DNA of 64,000 bases, from contig OX597825.1 of assembly GCA_951406725.2 (NCBI GenBank), positions 13,144,001 to 13,208,000 of the forward strand, in the 5' to 3' direction. Position 1 is the first letter of the stretch, and the number at the start of each line of letters is the position of its first letter. The position numbers were made by a program, and so were the translations under genes. Positions 42,381-56,999 of the stretch are shown here, piece by piece. This DNA comes from Octopus vulgaris. Taxonomy: Eukaryota. Under the pieces are notes generated by a model, which saw only the letters and a program-made list of their open reading frames with translations, was not told where the DNA came from and ran no database searches.

Positions 42381-43454
42381 CATATTTATATACGCTCAGG
42401 TCCATTTAAGTGAAAATAAACACTCATACATCACTTGTCTTTAACAAGTCGAATCGTTTATGTATTTTTTTTGGCGTAGTTCTACCCCGCTAGAGAGGAG
42501 AATGGAGGTTGGAATTGGTAGCGTTTTTTTTCTTTTTTTTGCTTCTGTTTGTTTGTTAGTTTTTTTAGTTCTGTTTTTTTCTATTTGCATTTTCGTTTTT
42601 TTTGTTTTTGTCTAGCGATATTTATAAACATTTGAGACATCAAAAGTACTTAATGTGTATGGTCAAAAAAATGTTGGCATACATCTGACGCGAAGGGTCT
42701 GGTCTATCCGTTTGTGGTGGGGGGAGGACAGGGCGGGATTGGAACTACGTCGGGGAGGAGGAGGAGGAGGAGGAGGAGGAGGAGGAGGAAGGAAGGAAGT
42801 GGTAAAAGGTGTCGGAGATGGAGATGTTATGAAGATGTTGACGACGATGATGATAATGATGATGATGACGGCGATGACAGCGATAATGATGATGATGATG
42901 ATCATGGTGATGGTGGTGATGGTGGTAGTGATGCATGTGGTGCGTGCGCTGATCACGATGATGACGATGAGAAACGGGAGGTTTGAAGGAGGCTTCCTAT
43001 TGTGCTGAAGCTTCAAGCAAACCGAGCTCACATACTGTTTATCTTGACAATGTTTATCTTAATGAATATCCTTGTATATACACACACATGCATACATGCA
43101 TACTTAACCATATATACATATATATTTATATACATACATACATACATACATACATACATACTTACATACATACTTACATATATGTGTCCTCTTATTTGCA
43201 TTTGTGTACCATTTCTCCGTCTTTTTTTTCCGCTCTCGTTTTCGTATACATTCGCTGCTTTCTTCTAAGGAATCTAATGCTCTTAGTTTAATATTTCCTT
43301 CGGGAAATACTACGCTACCAATTCCAACCTCCATTCTCCTCTCTGGCGAGGTAGAACTACGCCAAAATAATACATAAACGATTTGACTTGTTAAAGACAA
43401 GTGATGTATGAGTGTTTACTTTCACTTAAATGGACCTGAGCGTGTATAAATATG
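42381..43454. repeat. About 144 bp inverted repeat pair with about 790 bp spacer
   Basis: 42381-42524 is the reverse complement of 43312-43454 with few mismatches. Confidence 0.9.
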
Positions 43455-43926
43455 CTCCAGATTGGTGCAACCTTGAATATAACCAGCTGAAATTGTAAAG
43501 ATAATATGGAACTCGACTGAGGAAAGAAAACTTCGAATGACCAATTCGTGTTTTTTTTCCTCCCTCTTTTGTATCATCCGTTTGGATGTTTTGTTGTCCC
43601 CTTTTTGCATCATCTAGCAGTCTGGGAGGTATTGCTGAAAAGTAGAGTCGTTTGATCTCATTGAATCTCGCAAGCCCGTTATAGCTACCCCTCCTAATTT
43701 CTCTAGAAATTCGAATGCTATTTTTTAAAAATACCACTGATCCATTGAACTGGATTCATCATAATCAGGTTATTATCTCACCTGCTTATACATGTTTAAA
43801 ACTTTTCCTGGAGATGGTGGAATATATGCTATGGTATAATATATGAATACATCGATAAAATTCTGCCAAAACAGAGTCCTCAATTTTAAATCCAATTTAT
43901 ATTCTGATCTATCTATCTATCTATCA

Positions 43927-43968
<42 letters not shown>

Positions 43969-44058
43969 TTATCTATCAATCTATCTATCTATCTATTTAT
44001 CTATCTATCTATTTATTTATCTATCTATCTATCTATTTATCTAACTATCAATCAATCA

Positions 44059-44113
<55 letters not shown>

Positions 44114-44127
44114 AATATATATATATA

Positions 44128-44227
44128 TTGCGTGGCATCTTGGGCAAATGTCTTCTACTATAGCCCCGGGCCGACTAATGCCTTGTGAGTGGATTTGGTA
44201 GATGGAAACTGAAAGAATCCTGTCGTA

Positions 44228-44286
<59 letters not shown>

Positions 44287-44510
44287 GTGTGTGTGTATGT
44301 GTTTGTGTGTCTGTGTTTGTCCCCCTACCATTGCTTGACAACCGATGCTGGTGTGTTTACGTCCCCGTCACTTAGCGGTTCGGCAAAAGAGACCGATAGA
44401 ATAAGTACTGGGCTTACAAAGAATAAGTCCCGGGGTCGATTTGCTCGACTAAAAGGCGGTGCTCCAGCATGGCCGCAGTCAAATGACTGAAACAAGTAAA
44501 AGAGTCAAAG
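44128..44510 (+). mobile_element. SINE family A, 5'-truncated
   Basis: Homology to 178-620. Confidence 0.9.
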
Positions 44511-44522
44511 AAAAAAGAAAAA

Positions 44523-44558
<36 letters not shown>

Positions 44559-44729
44559 TAGCTGGGTAAACACAAAACTTATGAACGAAATGCTTAATTG
44601 CTTTACGAGATGGGACAGCCAAACGTACTTAATTTAAAAAACACATCTGATAAATTTACAACATCATTGGAACACCCATTAACAGTTTTTACATTCGTAT
44701 AAGATTAAACGGAAAACTATCGTCTATCT

Positions 44730-44984
44730 CAATGTGAAGTATATTTGCCACTTAAATGTGGCTAAACCCTAAGGGTGGATGCTACTGTAGCTTGTAGCCC
44801 CAGGAGAACACCTTCTCCAGCTGGCTATTGAAAGTGTGTCAATGGCCAGTTGGAGAAGGTGTTTTCTCCTGGGGCTACAAGCTACAGTAGCATCCACCCT
44901 TAGGGGTTAGCCACATTTAAGTGGCATATATACTTCACGTTGTCGTGCAGCTACCGTTTATGCCTCGTTCTGAGATTTATTATT
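44730..44984. mobile_element. Fold-back element, family F copy 3
   Basis: About 102 bp inverted arms (44730-44831, 44839-44942); TSD-like TATCGTCTATCTC (44718-44730) and TATTGTCTATCTC (44985-44997). Confidence 0.85.
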
Positions 44985-45702
44985 TATTGTCTATCTCGTT
45001 TCAATGATAAAACAAGAAAACATTACGCGAATCAGAGACAGGTTTTTTGTAGATATGTATAGTTTAGCCTTAAAATGAACATATAACCAACCACACAGCT
45101 ACGTTCAGTATAATGAGACATAAACGTCATCAGGTCTGAGAATTCCTTCAACGCGTAGAAAATTCGCCCGTCTCAAAGGTACCTGGATATGAAATCTGAT
45201 ATTTTGACAAATGTAGGCACTTCAAGAAACACTTGATAGAATTTATCACCTCCACCAAATTAGACACAACAACCTGCTATGCAACATAAGAGAGACCCGT
45301 GAAGACATTTCAACGTTGAACTTTACTGCTACGGAGCAGTAGTTTCGTATTTCCATTTATTCTACATTCTTTTAATATTTCATTTCTGATGTTTTTACCT
45401 TTGTTCTTAAACCTTCGTTCTCTCGAGACATCACTCATCAGCTCACATCTCATGGATCTGCGAACATTCATTGCCTCATAGACACGTAGATTCGCTCGAA
45501 CTTTTTGCTTTAACACTTTCAACTTCTTGTCCATCCATTCATCATCGTTCTCCTCTAACTTTCGGAGACTTCACATGATCAAACGAAGCGGGGAGTGTTG
45601 TACAGGTATGACGAATGTAACAAACTGATTTTTGCCTTTACATTACAATACAGTAAATACGCTAAAAAATAAAAGGGAGAGAGAGAGATAGACAATACAA
45701 AA

Positions 45703-46090
45703 GTGGAGGGGCAATGGCCCAGTGGTTAGGGCAGCGGACTCGCGGTCATAGGATCGCGGTTTCGATTCCCAGACCGGGCGTTGTGGTGTGTTTATTGAGC
45801 GAAAACACCTAAAGCTCCACGAGGCTCCGGCAGGGGATGGTGGTGATCCCTGCTGTACTCTTTCACCACAACTTTCTCTCACTCTTACTTCCTGTTTCTG
45901 TTGTACCTGTATTTCAAGGGGCCAGCCTTGTCACTCTCTGTGTCACGTTGAATATCCCCGAGAACTACGTTAAGGGTACACGTGTCTGTGGAGTGCTCAG
46001 CCACTTACACGTTAATTTCACGAGCAGGCTGTTCCGTTGATTCGGATCAACCGGAACCCTCGTCGTCGTAACCTACGGAGCGCTTCCATC
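45703..46090 (+). mobile_element. SINE family B, full length
   Basis: Near-identical to the reverse complement of 6772-7153. Confidence 0.92.
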
Positions 46091-46490
46091 CACAAAATGA
46101 TACCAAATTTCTGTATAGATATCTGCAAGAAAAAAAAAAAATTAGAATATAGAGAGATATCTGTTTCGAGGCTTGGCTAATAGAAAGATACAAACCAGAA
46201 ATCAACGCATATTATATACTACACTCAGAATTAAGAAGGAAAACCACCAGACTTAAGCATTGATTATTTTTTAATCTGCTGTTAATAACAAGGACAATCA
46301 ATAACATTCCCATAGTCCTTTGCGATCTGACAGAGACCGCACGAGACCCTGTGAGTGTGTAAGTGCTTCTATAAGTATGTACGTGTGTGTGTGTGTGTGT
46401 GTGTGTTGTGTGTGTGTGTTTCAGCATCTATATATCTTTGAGAGTACAGAAATGAATTTGTGTGTATGTGTATATATATATATATATATA

Positions 46491-46537
46491 TTTATTCTCT
46501 CTTATATATAAAAACCATGACATATTTAGATACACTG

Positions 46538-46573
<36 letters not shown>

Positions 46574-46620
46574 CAGTGTATCTAAATATGTCATGGTTTT
46601 TATATATAAGAGAGAATAAA
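46491..46620. repeat. Perfect 130-bp palindrome centred on (TA)15
   Basis: 46491-46540 is the exact reverse complement of 46571-46620. Confidence 0.95.
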
Positions 46621-47319
46621 GTTTATACGAAACGCACATATATACGTATGTAAACATATATTTTTATATATATTTATACATGCAGACACTCAAGTACAGA
46701 CACCCAAACAAACACAGAGACAGACGCATGCAGGCACAGACACACATACAGACACACGCAGACACACACACATACACACACACATACACTCATGTACACA
46801 CCAGTATACATATATACATATTAATAGCCTTCAATATTCTACACGCTTTTATTCCTTGGTTTATGAACTTACGTTCCACTGTTAAAAGTAATACACACAC
46901 ACATACACGTATAATTCATTTATGAGGACGCATGGCCTAGTGGTTTGGGTGTTCCTCTCACGATCGCTAGATTGTGGTTTCAATTCCTAGATCAGGTGAT
47001 GAATCGTGTTCTTGAGCAAAACACTTCATCTCCGTTGCTTTGTGATCGTTTCGAGATCTAACACAAATTTTCTTTTCTCTGGAGAGAGTCATACCGTCTT
47101 AATATCTAACACACGCAAAGGCGGCGAGCTGGCAAAATCGTTAGCACGCCGGGAGAAATGCTTAGCGATTTTTCGCCTGCCGTTACGTTCTGAGTTCTTA
47201 TAGTGGAAACAACTGTTTTATGAAGTTAAAAAATAATATGAAAAATTGTTATCAAATGATCGTTTGTAGAAACATGTGTTCTGATGCATTAATAAAGCCT
47301 ATGAATTTCTATCCAGAAA

Positions 47320-47850
47320 ATGTTTTCAGTTGTGTTTGTTGTTTGTTCATGGAGAAGATATCTCAAGAACCACCGGATGGATTCGGATGATCGGTTCAGG
47401 GATGTTTGACCTCATGACTGACACGAACTGATTGGATTTTGGTATCGATCAGGTAGCGGACAAGGATTCTGGATTATTTGTTATATTTACTTCACTTTAT
47501 GTGATTACGATCTTACGTTAACATTCAAGTCTTTCTCAAGGCGGTAACTACTTTGAATGGTGAATTTGTTAACTTTGCTTGGATTAGATACGGATAAATA
47601 ATTTAGTACTGTTACTAAATTTTCTACAGCCACCTTCACAATCTATGACTACCATTGGGATCGATCGGGTACCAGACAAGGGGTTTCAAATAAATTTTTG
47701 AGAGAGATCGGGTTCATTTTTAGTATTCTCGTCTGTGAAAGCTGTCGAGTTTATTTCAGAAATTCTCATTTCAAAAATCATCACTGGCTAATTCTTGAGA
47801 GGACTTTGATGTTGCCTTGGCGGAGGTTTGCCCTCTCTGTGTACTCTTGT
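47320..47850 (+). mobile_element. Helentron-associated (HINE/DINE-like) non-autonomous element
   Basis: 5' (GTTT)n then GATATCTCAAGAACC..GGATGGATT; 3' CCTTGGCGGAGG sub-terminal motif followed by a short hairpin-like end. Confidence 0.55.
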
Positions 47851-47909
47851 TATTATTACAGTTATGCTAAGCCGAAAGGAGTTCCATCTGTATATCCAAA
47901 CCATCGGAT

Positions 47910-48290
47910 ATAGCTGTATGGTAAGAAGATTGCTTACCAACCACATAGTTCTTGGCTCCGTCCCAGTGCGTGGCACCTTGGGCAAGTGTCTTTTACTATA
48001 GCCTCTGGCCAACCAAAGCCTTGTGAGTGGATTTGGTAGACGGAAACTGAAAGAACCCGTCGTATATATATATATATACATTTGTGTGTCTGTGTTTGTC
48101 CCTCCCTGTCCATCGCTTGACAACCAATGTCGGTGTATTTACGTTCCCGTAATTTAGCGGTTCGGCAAAAGGGACCGATAACATAAGTATTAGGCTAACA
48201 AAGAATAAGTCCTGGGGTCGATTTGTTCGACTAAAGGCGCTGCCTCAGCATGGCTGCAGTCAAATTACTGAAACAAGTAAAGGAAAAAAG
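47910..48290 (+). mobile_element. SINE family A
   Basis: Homology to 178-620. Confidence 0.88.
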
Positions 48291-48354
48291 AATACACGAA
48301 TAAAAGAATATACTCAGATCCTGTGTTCTACTTTTCTTGTTTTCATCAACATAC

Positions 48355-48414
<60 letters not shown>

Positions 48415-48441
48415 ATTTCCATACATATATATGTATATATA

Positions 48442-48523
<82 letters not shown>

Positions 48524-48540
48524 CATATATACATATATAC

Positions 48541-48669
<129 letters not shown>

Positions 48670-48670
48670 T

Positions 48671-48718
<48 letters not shown>

Positions 48719-48962
48719 CCTGATGTATAACGGAAGGCTAAATCGCTGTTGGCAACGTTTTCTTGTTTGTTGGCTGCTTTTGTTTTTTGTTTGCTTTATG
48801 TTTTCCTTTCGTTTTTTTTTTTCTTTTGTGGCATCCCTTCCATCTTCCGTTGACAGCAAACCACAACGGTGGTGAAGATGATGATGATGATGATGACGAC
48901 GATATTAATGATGATGGTGCTCGTCGTAGTAGTGATGGAGGGGGAGGTAACGGTATTCCTTG

Positions 48963-49192
48963 CGGCGAGCTGGCAGAAACGTTAGCACACCGGGCGGAAT
49001 GCTTAGCGGTATTTCGTCTGCCGTTACGTTGTGAGTTCAAATTCCGCCGAGGTCGACTTTGCCTTTCATCCTTTCGGGGTCGATAAATTTAAGTACCAGT
49101 TACGAACTGGGGTCGATGTAATCGACTTAATACCTATGTCTGTCCTTGTTTGTCCCCTCTGTGTTTAGCCCCTTGTGGGTAGTAAAGAAATA
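48963..49192 (+). mobile_element. SINE family C monomer (tail 1) with perfect 11-bp TSD
   Basis: GGTATTCCTTG at 48952-48962 and 49193-49203. Confidence 0.92.
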
Positions 49193-49419
49193 GGTATTCC
49201 TTGTGGAGTAGGTGTTGGTGGTGGTGGCGGTGGTGAAACTAATGTTGGTGTTGGTGGTGGCAATAAGGGCGGTGGTGGTCGTAGTAATGGTGGTGGTGGT
49301 GGTGGTGGTGGTGCTGCTGCTGCTGGTGCTGCTGCTTGTGATGCTAATGGCACCGGGGTGGCGGTACTAGTAGCATTATTTGAGGTGGTGGTAATAGTAG
49401 TATTTATGTGGCGGTGGCG

Positions 49420-49661
49420 ATGGTGAAGATGATGATGCTGGCGATGACGATGATGATGATGATGATGATGATGACGATGATGATGATGATGATATGATAA
49501 TGTTGATGATGATGATGATGATATGATAATGTTGATGACGACGACGATGACGATGATGATGATGATGATGATGATGATGACGATGATGATGATGATGATA
49601 TGATAATGTTGATGATGATGATGATGATATGATAATGTTGATGACGACGACGACGACCATT

Positions 49662-49707
<46 letters not shown>
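49420..49707. repeat. (GAT)n/(GAC)n microsatellite with higher-order GATATGATAATGTT units
   Basis: Direct reading. Confidence 0.95.
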
Positions 49708-49708
<1 letters not shown>

Positions 49709-49923
49709 AGCCATCACTCTTCTCACTCTGTCTCTGAAACAAACGCTCTTTATTCAACGATGTAAAATAAATTGTACATTTTTCACAGGTTGTTCAAAAC
49801 CCCTACGTACTACCTCATCATGCTCTTTTATCTAATCATAGCTTTTATCTAATCAGTCCCCATTTGGCAGATCTACAGCATATGGTGATCCAAGTCGTTG
49901 GGGGAGGTACTGTACATATGCAG

Positions 49924-50086
49924 CTGTAGCGTAGCTGGGGCCGGAGTCAAGAACGATCAGCGACACTCTTATGGGTACGGGGTACTTTCGGATCTACTGT
50001 ATAAAGCTGTATAGGGTGAGAGGCCCTGGGGGAAAGCGGCACGCTCAAGGGTTGTCTCGTGTGGCACACTCTCTAGCTCCGCCACT
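49924..50086. mobile_element. Possible decayed hAT-type MITE
   Basis: Ends GTAGCGTAGCTGG and CTAGCTCCGCCAC resemble CAGTGGCG-type TIRs; GC-rich interior. Confidence 0.35.
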
Positions 50087-50457
50087 CTGACCTACGCAAA
50101 ACAATTTCTCATTTAACTGAAATTTTTTTCTCCAGTTGCTGAAATATCACCTAGCGGTAACTGTTTGCAATTCTCACATATTAAGGGAGATAATCTCGTG
50201 AAATTTCGAATCAGTTTCATACTAAATTATTTCTTTTCAACTGTTGAGGTGGTGACTGGGCTATTCCGATGTTTTTCAGAAGCCAAGTCATGGATATATT
50301 TCGATCCTGTAAGATTCTATTACTTAAGAATACCCTAACCAGGCGCACTTGTTTTATTGACAACTTTTTACAAATTAAATAGTAGCTATAGGTTTTTTTA
50401 TATTTGACTCCAGTGGAAAATTCTGGCACCGAGCAGCGCTGGTTAGCGTAACATGAA

Positions 50458-50504
<47 letters not shown>

Positions 50505-51566
50505 GTTGTGTCCGTTTTGTGCCGGAACGACCAACCGCTTGATAACTGGTTTTTGGCTTTATACATCGCATAACTTAGTTGTTCGGCAAAAGGGACCGAT
50601 AGAATAAGTGCCAGACTTTTATGAAAAATTGCTACTTGGATCGATTCATCGGAAGAAAATCTTTTCATGGAAAGGATCAGAGAAAACATCTCACAAAGAG
50701 AGACTAAATGAGCAAAATTGAGAAACAGTCCGTACATGAATGAGCATTTCGTCCGCTCAGATGAACCATAGGAGTTATGTTGAGGGGACAATGTGGGAGA
50801 AAATATTTCTAAAAATATTTATAAAAATATTTATAAAATTCCTGTTGAGGATACGAGGATACAACATAGTCAAGAGCTAATTGAGTGATATACTTAATCT
50901 GTCAGCGGTTTTATCATCATTATTTGTCTCTTCTGAGCATTTAACAAAGGCCATCTTGGCTGCAGTCATTAGACCTCGGTCTTGGTGCATTTTCTTCTTT
51001 AGCAGCCTTTGACCTCACATTAATCACAGAGACCTTGCAAAAGGTCAAGTGAACACCTTCCTCTCTCCCTCCTCTTCTCCTCCTTCTCTTCCTACTCCTT
51101 CCCCTCCTCCTCCTCCGATTAAGCTATGAAAGATTAAAGTAATCAAGTGCCAATATCGCTTGGAAAAAAAATGTCTTTCCTGCGGATGTTGTGGTGTGGG
51201 TGGTGGCATTCGCGGTGAGATAAGCGCCGCGTGATTACTTGCAGATGAATTACGTATCTGTAAAAAGAAAATAGAAACTAAAATGCCGTATATGTTTCCA
51301 TTTCCTTTCTTTCCAACCTACTATCCCACTCTTTTTCTCTCTCTCTCTTTCTCAAAATTTCGTCCATATACACACATACACACACAGAGAAATACCTTAA
51401 GCGCTCGGTTTCTTCCAAATATAGTGGCAAAATTTTTCATGTGAATGAAGAATTGGAAATTTTCAATGAGTCAAGATTTTATCGAGACACCGATCAAATC
51501 AGCATCCGTATATTATACGCTCTCTCTCTCTCTCTCCCTCTCTCTCTCACACACACACACCTATAT

Positions 51567-51629
<63 letters not shown>

Positions 51630-51888
51630 TAGATAAACTACGAACACAACCCTACCTAACACGTGAAAACACCTAAACATACAAACTTGCTTACACATTT
51701 GCATAAACGCTTGCTTAAATTCGAAATACGAACAGAACTTCAAATTTGGTCAATAACTTCACCGCTGCATAACAAAACGCCTCTCCATAACAACCCACCC
51801 TGAAATCTAATTACCACTCGAACTCACCTACTCACGGAAGACTTTAATCCAACGGAGACTCTATAAAGCCAAGATTAACTCTAATACA

Positions 51889-52240
51889 TGTGGCTGTGTG
51901 GTAAGTAGCTTGCTAACCAACCACATGGTTCCGGGTTCAGTCCCACTGCGTGGCACCTTGGGCAAGTGTCTTCTGCTATAGCCCCGGGCCGACCAATGCC
52001 TTGTGAGTGGATTTGGTAGACGGAAACTGAAAGAAGCCTGTCGTATATATGTATATATATATATGTGTGTGTATGTGTGTTTGTGTGTCTGTGTTTGTCC
52101 CCCTAGCATTGCTTGACACCGATGCTGGTGTGTTTCGTCCCCGTCACTTAGCGGTTCGGCAAAAAGAGACCGATAGCTCGACTAAAGGCGGTGCTCCAGC
52201 ATGGCCGCATTCAAATGACTGAAACAAGTAAAAGAAAAGA
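51889..52240 (+). mobile_element. SINE family A with internal deletion
   Basis: Homology to 178-620. Confidence 0.9.
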
Positions 52241-52290
52241 AAAATATATATATAGATAGATTGACAGACAGATAGATACACACACACATG

Positions 52291-52345
<55 letters not shown>

Positions 52346-53539
52346 CTCATATTACCTCGGTTATGTCGCTTTGCTGTAGATTTCTCTAGATTTTTTTTAC
52401 CATAAAGTAATCACCACGGATCATTTCATTGCATGAATTTAGTTTTAATAACTTTATTTCATTACATAATTTACCCTTTTCTTCTCCATAATCAGGGACA
52501 GCTTTGTTCGGGAATTTCAAATTCCTTGTTTGTTTTGGGTTTCGTGTTCCAAAGGTTTAAACACACTGTTAATACTCGGAAGTGTTAATAAAAGTAGACA
52601 ATAAAATTTGGGAAAAAAATGATAAATTTGCTTCTCTTTTGTTGTGATTATGTAATAAAAAAATTACAGCATTTGAAAACATTTCAAAATATTTATAGAA
52701 AACATCGATAAATCTTTTGCTTCAATGTTAAATCAGGTAAAAAAAAAACCGTTTGCCACAAAGGTAGGGGAGTACTTGGCAGAGAAAATATACGTTGTCC
52801 TAATTCATAAAACAATATGAAATCTGTAGGTAAATCTGTCTATCAGATTTGCTATGAACCAAGATTGCTATCATGTTTTTTTCTAAATATTTTTTCCAAA
52901 TGTTTTTTAATACTACTGTTTTTTTAAATACCAACAAAAACCGAAAAGAAGAAAAATACGTGAATCTTTTCAAGTATTCTTATCTCCTTTTCAGGAACTC
53001 TTTCAACTATTTTTGTATGCTTTAATCCTCTGAATCACGTCACAACGATGCGGAAATGGCGCTTCCGAAACAGGTTGTCTGTGATAAATGCGAGATTAAA
53101 AACAAAATTAAACTATTATAAATAGAAACAGTAGAAATGAAATATCGTTTAGTAATATATCTTACCGGATAACAAGAATAAACTGTTAAGTGCGGAAAAA
53201 AATTTGCATCGAGACTTCTCTCCCTTGAAACGAATATGGAATAGCAAATGAAAAATTGTCTTCTATGAAGTGGAACACTATAGCCAAGCTAGGTGTGTCA
53301 TTTTGCGTCACAATGGCCAAGAAGGTGAGTGGCCAAGGTAGATACAAGACTTTGAAATTTCACAAGAGACGTATCAAGAGACGTATCACAAAACACGCAT
53401 TGGCTGTACGCACGCACACACACACTCACATACACACGCACACACACACTCACATACACACGCACACACACATACACACGCAGGCCCACATATACTGTTA
53501 GGATGAAACATGTCCTGTATCGCTTATAACACTGAATAG

Positions 53540-54038
<499 letters not shown>

Positions 54039-54418
54039 TCACAGTATCAAAAAGACTGGCGGACGTTGTATCACATCGCTGGTCACAATGCGCTTCGCAT
54101 TATTTTTTAGTCTTTGAACTACGCTATCCCCGTTGGCTTGTGAGGAGGCCAACATGGGCACCGATCGGGAAGTGAGTCCGTCACAGGGGTTTATTCATTT
54201 GCAGGTGAGTGGATAGCAACAACGCGAAATGATATGTATTGTTCAAGAACATGACGTGTTACCTGATCTGAGAATCGAACCCACGTTTGTGAGTGCAAGA
54301 CCCTAAACACTGTGTGCGTGCATGAGTGTGTGTGCGCGTGTGTGAGTGTGTATGCGCAGAAAAACTTATATATATATGTATATATGTATGTGTGTGTGTG
54401 TGAGTGTGTGTGTGTATG

Positions 54419-54468
<50 letters not shown>

Positions 54469-55189
54469 TGTTAAATCAGCCATAAATCATTATGGTAAAA
54501 ATATAACATATACAGGCGCGGTCGTGGTAGTGTGGTAAGAGGGCTAGCTTACCAACCACACGGCTCTGGGTTCAACCCCACCTCGCGGGCACCTTGGGCA
54601 AGTGTTTTCTACTATAGCCTCGGGCCGACCAAAAGAAGCTTTAAATATCAAAATCTTACGTACTGACTTAAACTTAGTAAACACATTAAAAACAATTTGA
54701 TAGGGCAGATCTGAGAACAGTACACGAACAAATAAACCCACACCTACACATTTGCAATAATTTCGACTTCCATTAAATTACACAAACCTCCACATATCTA
54801 ATACAGCAAAAAGCACAGAAGGACCTTTGCTAGAGAACCGCCGAATACCTCGTTACGAAACAAATAAAACAAAATGGCGCATGTATTACACAAAGTCACA
54901 CAAAGTCATAGGATGAAAACATTAGGAAACATGAAAATAAAACAGCCTTCGCATCAGCATGTAATTACAGAGAAGTAAATTACAGAATGTACTTGATGTT
55001 GTGTGATGTAGAAACTTCAATGTAAACATGAAAGGTAGAAATTGCATGCTTCAAACTTTCTCGTCTATTGAGCATGCACTTACAGCGAGGTGCCTGCGTA
55101 ACACATGACATTAGAATACGTAAAATAAAAATACGTGACACGGAATGGAATTCGATATACGACATTAGTTGACAAGCACTAAAATTTTG

Positions 55190-55340
55190 TAGGAGTGGCT
55201 GTGTGGTCAACCACATGGTTCCGGGTTCAGTCCCACTGCGTGGCAACTTGGGCAAGTGTCTTCTACTATAGCCTCGGGCCGACCAAAGCCTTGTGAGTGG
55301 ATTTGGTAGACAGAAACTGAAAGAAGCCCATATATGTATG

Positions 55341-55393
<53 letters not shown>

Positions 55394-55670
55394 GTATGTA
55401 TGTATGTATGTATGCATGCATGTATGTGTGTGTGTGTGTATGTGTTTGTGTGTCTGCGTTTGTCCCCCAACATCAGTTGACAACCGATGCTGGTGTTTAC
55501 GTCCACGTAACTTAGTGGTGCTCCTGCATGACTGCAGTCAAATAAGTGCTAGGCTGACAAAGAATACGTCCTGGGGTCGATTTGCTCGACTAAAGAGAGA
55601 GTAGAGATGGCCGCAGTCAAATGACTGAAACAGAGAGAAAGAGAAGAGAGAGAGAGAGAGTAAAAGAGTA
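55190..55670 (+). mobile_element. SINE family A, rearranged
   Basis: Homology to 178-620; a tail segment is also inserted internally near 55516-55541. Confidence 0.85.
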
Positions 55671-55956
55671 AACAAGGAATAAAACTCAAAGCACAGACGC
55701 AGCATATAATAACGGTTTCAAATTTTGTTTCAAGACCAACAGTGTCGGCAGCGTGGGTTGGAGTCTGGTCGATTATATCAATGCTAGTGCTTCATTGGTA
55801 CTTGCTTTATTGACCCCGAACGGATGAAAGGTAAATTCAACCTCGGAGGCATTTGAAGTCAAAACATAAAGCTGGAAGAAATTCCGCTAAGAATTTTAGG
55901 TGCTAAATATTCTGCAGCTGGTTGCCTCGTACAGCACGTAATAAGGCAAACTTCAA

Positions 55957-56710
55957 GGGCGGCGAGTTGGTAGAAACGTTAGCACGGCGGGCGAAATGCT
56001 GAGCGGTATTTCGTCTGCCGCTACATTCTGAGTTCAAATTCCGCTAAGGTCGACTTTGCCTTTCATCCTTTCGGGGTCGATTAAATAACTACCAGTTATG
56101 CACTGGGGATCGATGTAATTGAACTTAATCCGTTTGTCTGTCCTTGTTTGTCCCCTCTGTATTTAGCACCTTGTAGGTAGTAAAGAAATAGGTATTTCGT
56201 CTGCCGCTATGTTCAGAGTTCAAATTCCGCCGACGTCGACTTTGCCTTTCATCCTTTCGGGGTCGATTAAATAAGTACCAGTTATGCACTGGGGATCGAT
56301 GTAATCAACTTAATCCATTTGTCTGTCCTTGTTTGTCCTCTCTGTGTTTAGCCCCTTGTGGGTAGTAAAGAAATAGGTATTTGCCTTTCATCCTTTCAGC
56401 ATCGATAAATTAAGTACCAGTTAAGCACTGTGGTCGATGCAAACGACTTAATTTGTCTGTCCTTGTTTGTCCCCTCTATGTTCAGCCCCTTGTGGGTAAT
56501 AAAGAAATAAGAAACGTTAGGACGCCGGGCGAAATGCTTAGCAGTATTTCGTCTGTCTTTATGTTCTGAGTTCAAATTCCGCCGAGGTTGACTTTGCCTT
56601 TCATCCTTTCTGGGTCGATAAATTAAGTACCAGTTGCGTACTAGAGTCAATCTAATCGACCAGTCCCCTCCCAAAAAATTTCGGGTCTTCTGCCTAGAGT
56701 AGAAAAGAAT
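55957..56710 (+). mobile_element. SINE family C nested array (four central domains)
   Basis: Head, three tail-1 units, then a partial head and a tail-2 unit. Confidence 0.9.
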
Positions 56711-56999
56711 AATGCAAGAAATCAACTAGAATCTAAAGGCTGTACAATCGGTGTTGACGATTTTATCAGTTGTGAACAAATAATTCTTTTAAATTTTAGC
56801 ACATGACCTGCTAGGCTGTTGGACGGGAACTTTGACTATGTAGGCCCGTGATCCAATTGTACTTATCTTATTGATGAAAGGCAGAGTCGACCTCGGAGCA
56901 GCTTGAGCTCAGAACGTAAAAACCTGCAGGAAATGCCACTAAGTAGTTTGTCCGACGCACTAAAGATTCTGCCAGTTCGCCACCTTGATCTGGCTAAAC

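Noticed and set aside
55957-56710. Regularly repeated ~185 bp units suggestive of a CRISPR-like array
   Set aside because: Units are SINE bodies with no unique spacers, no cas genes, and a eukaryotic context
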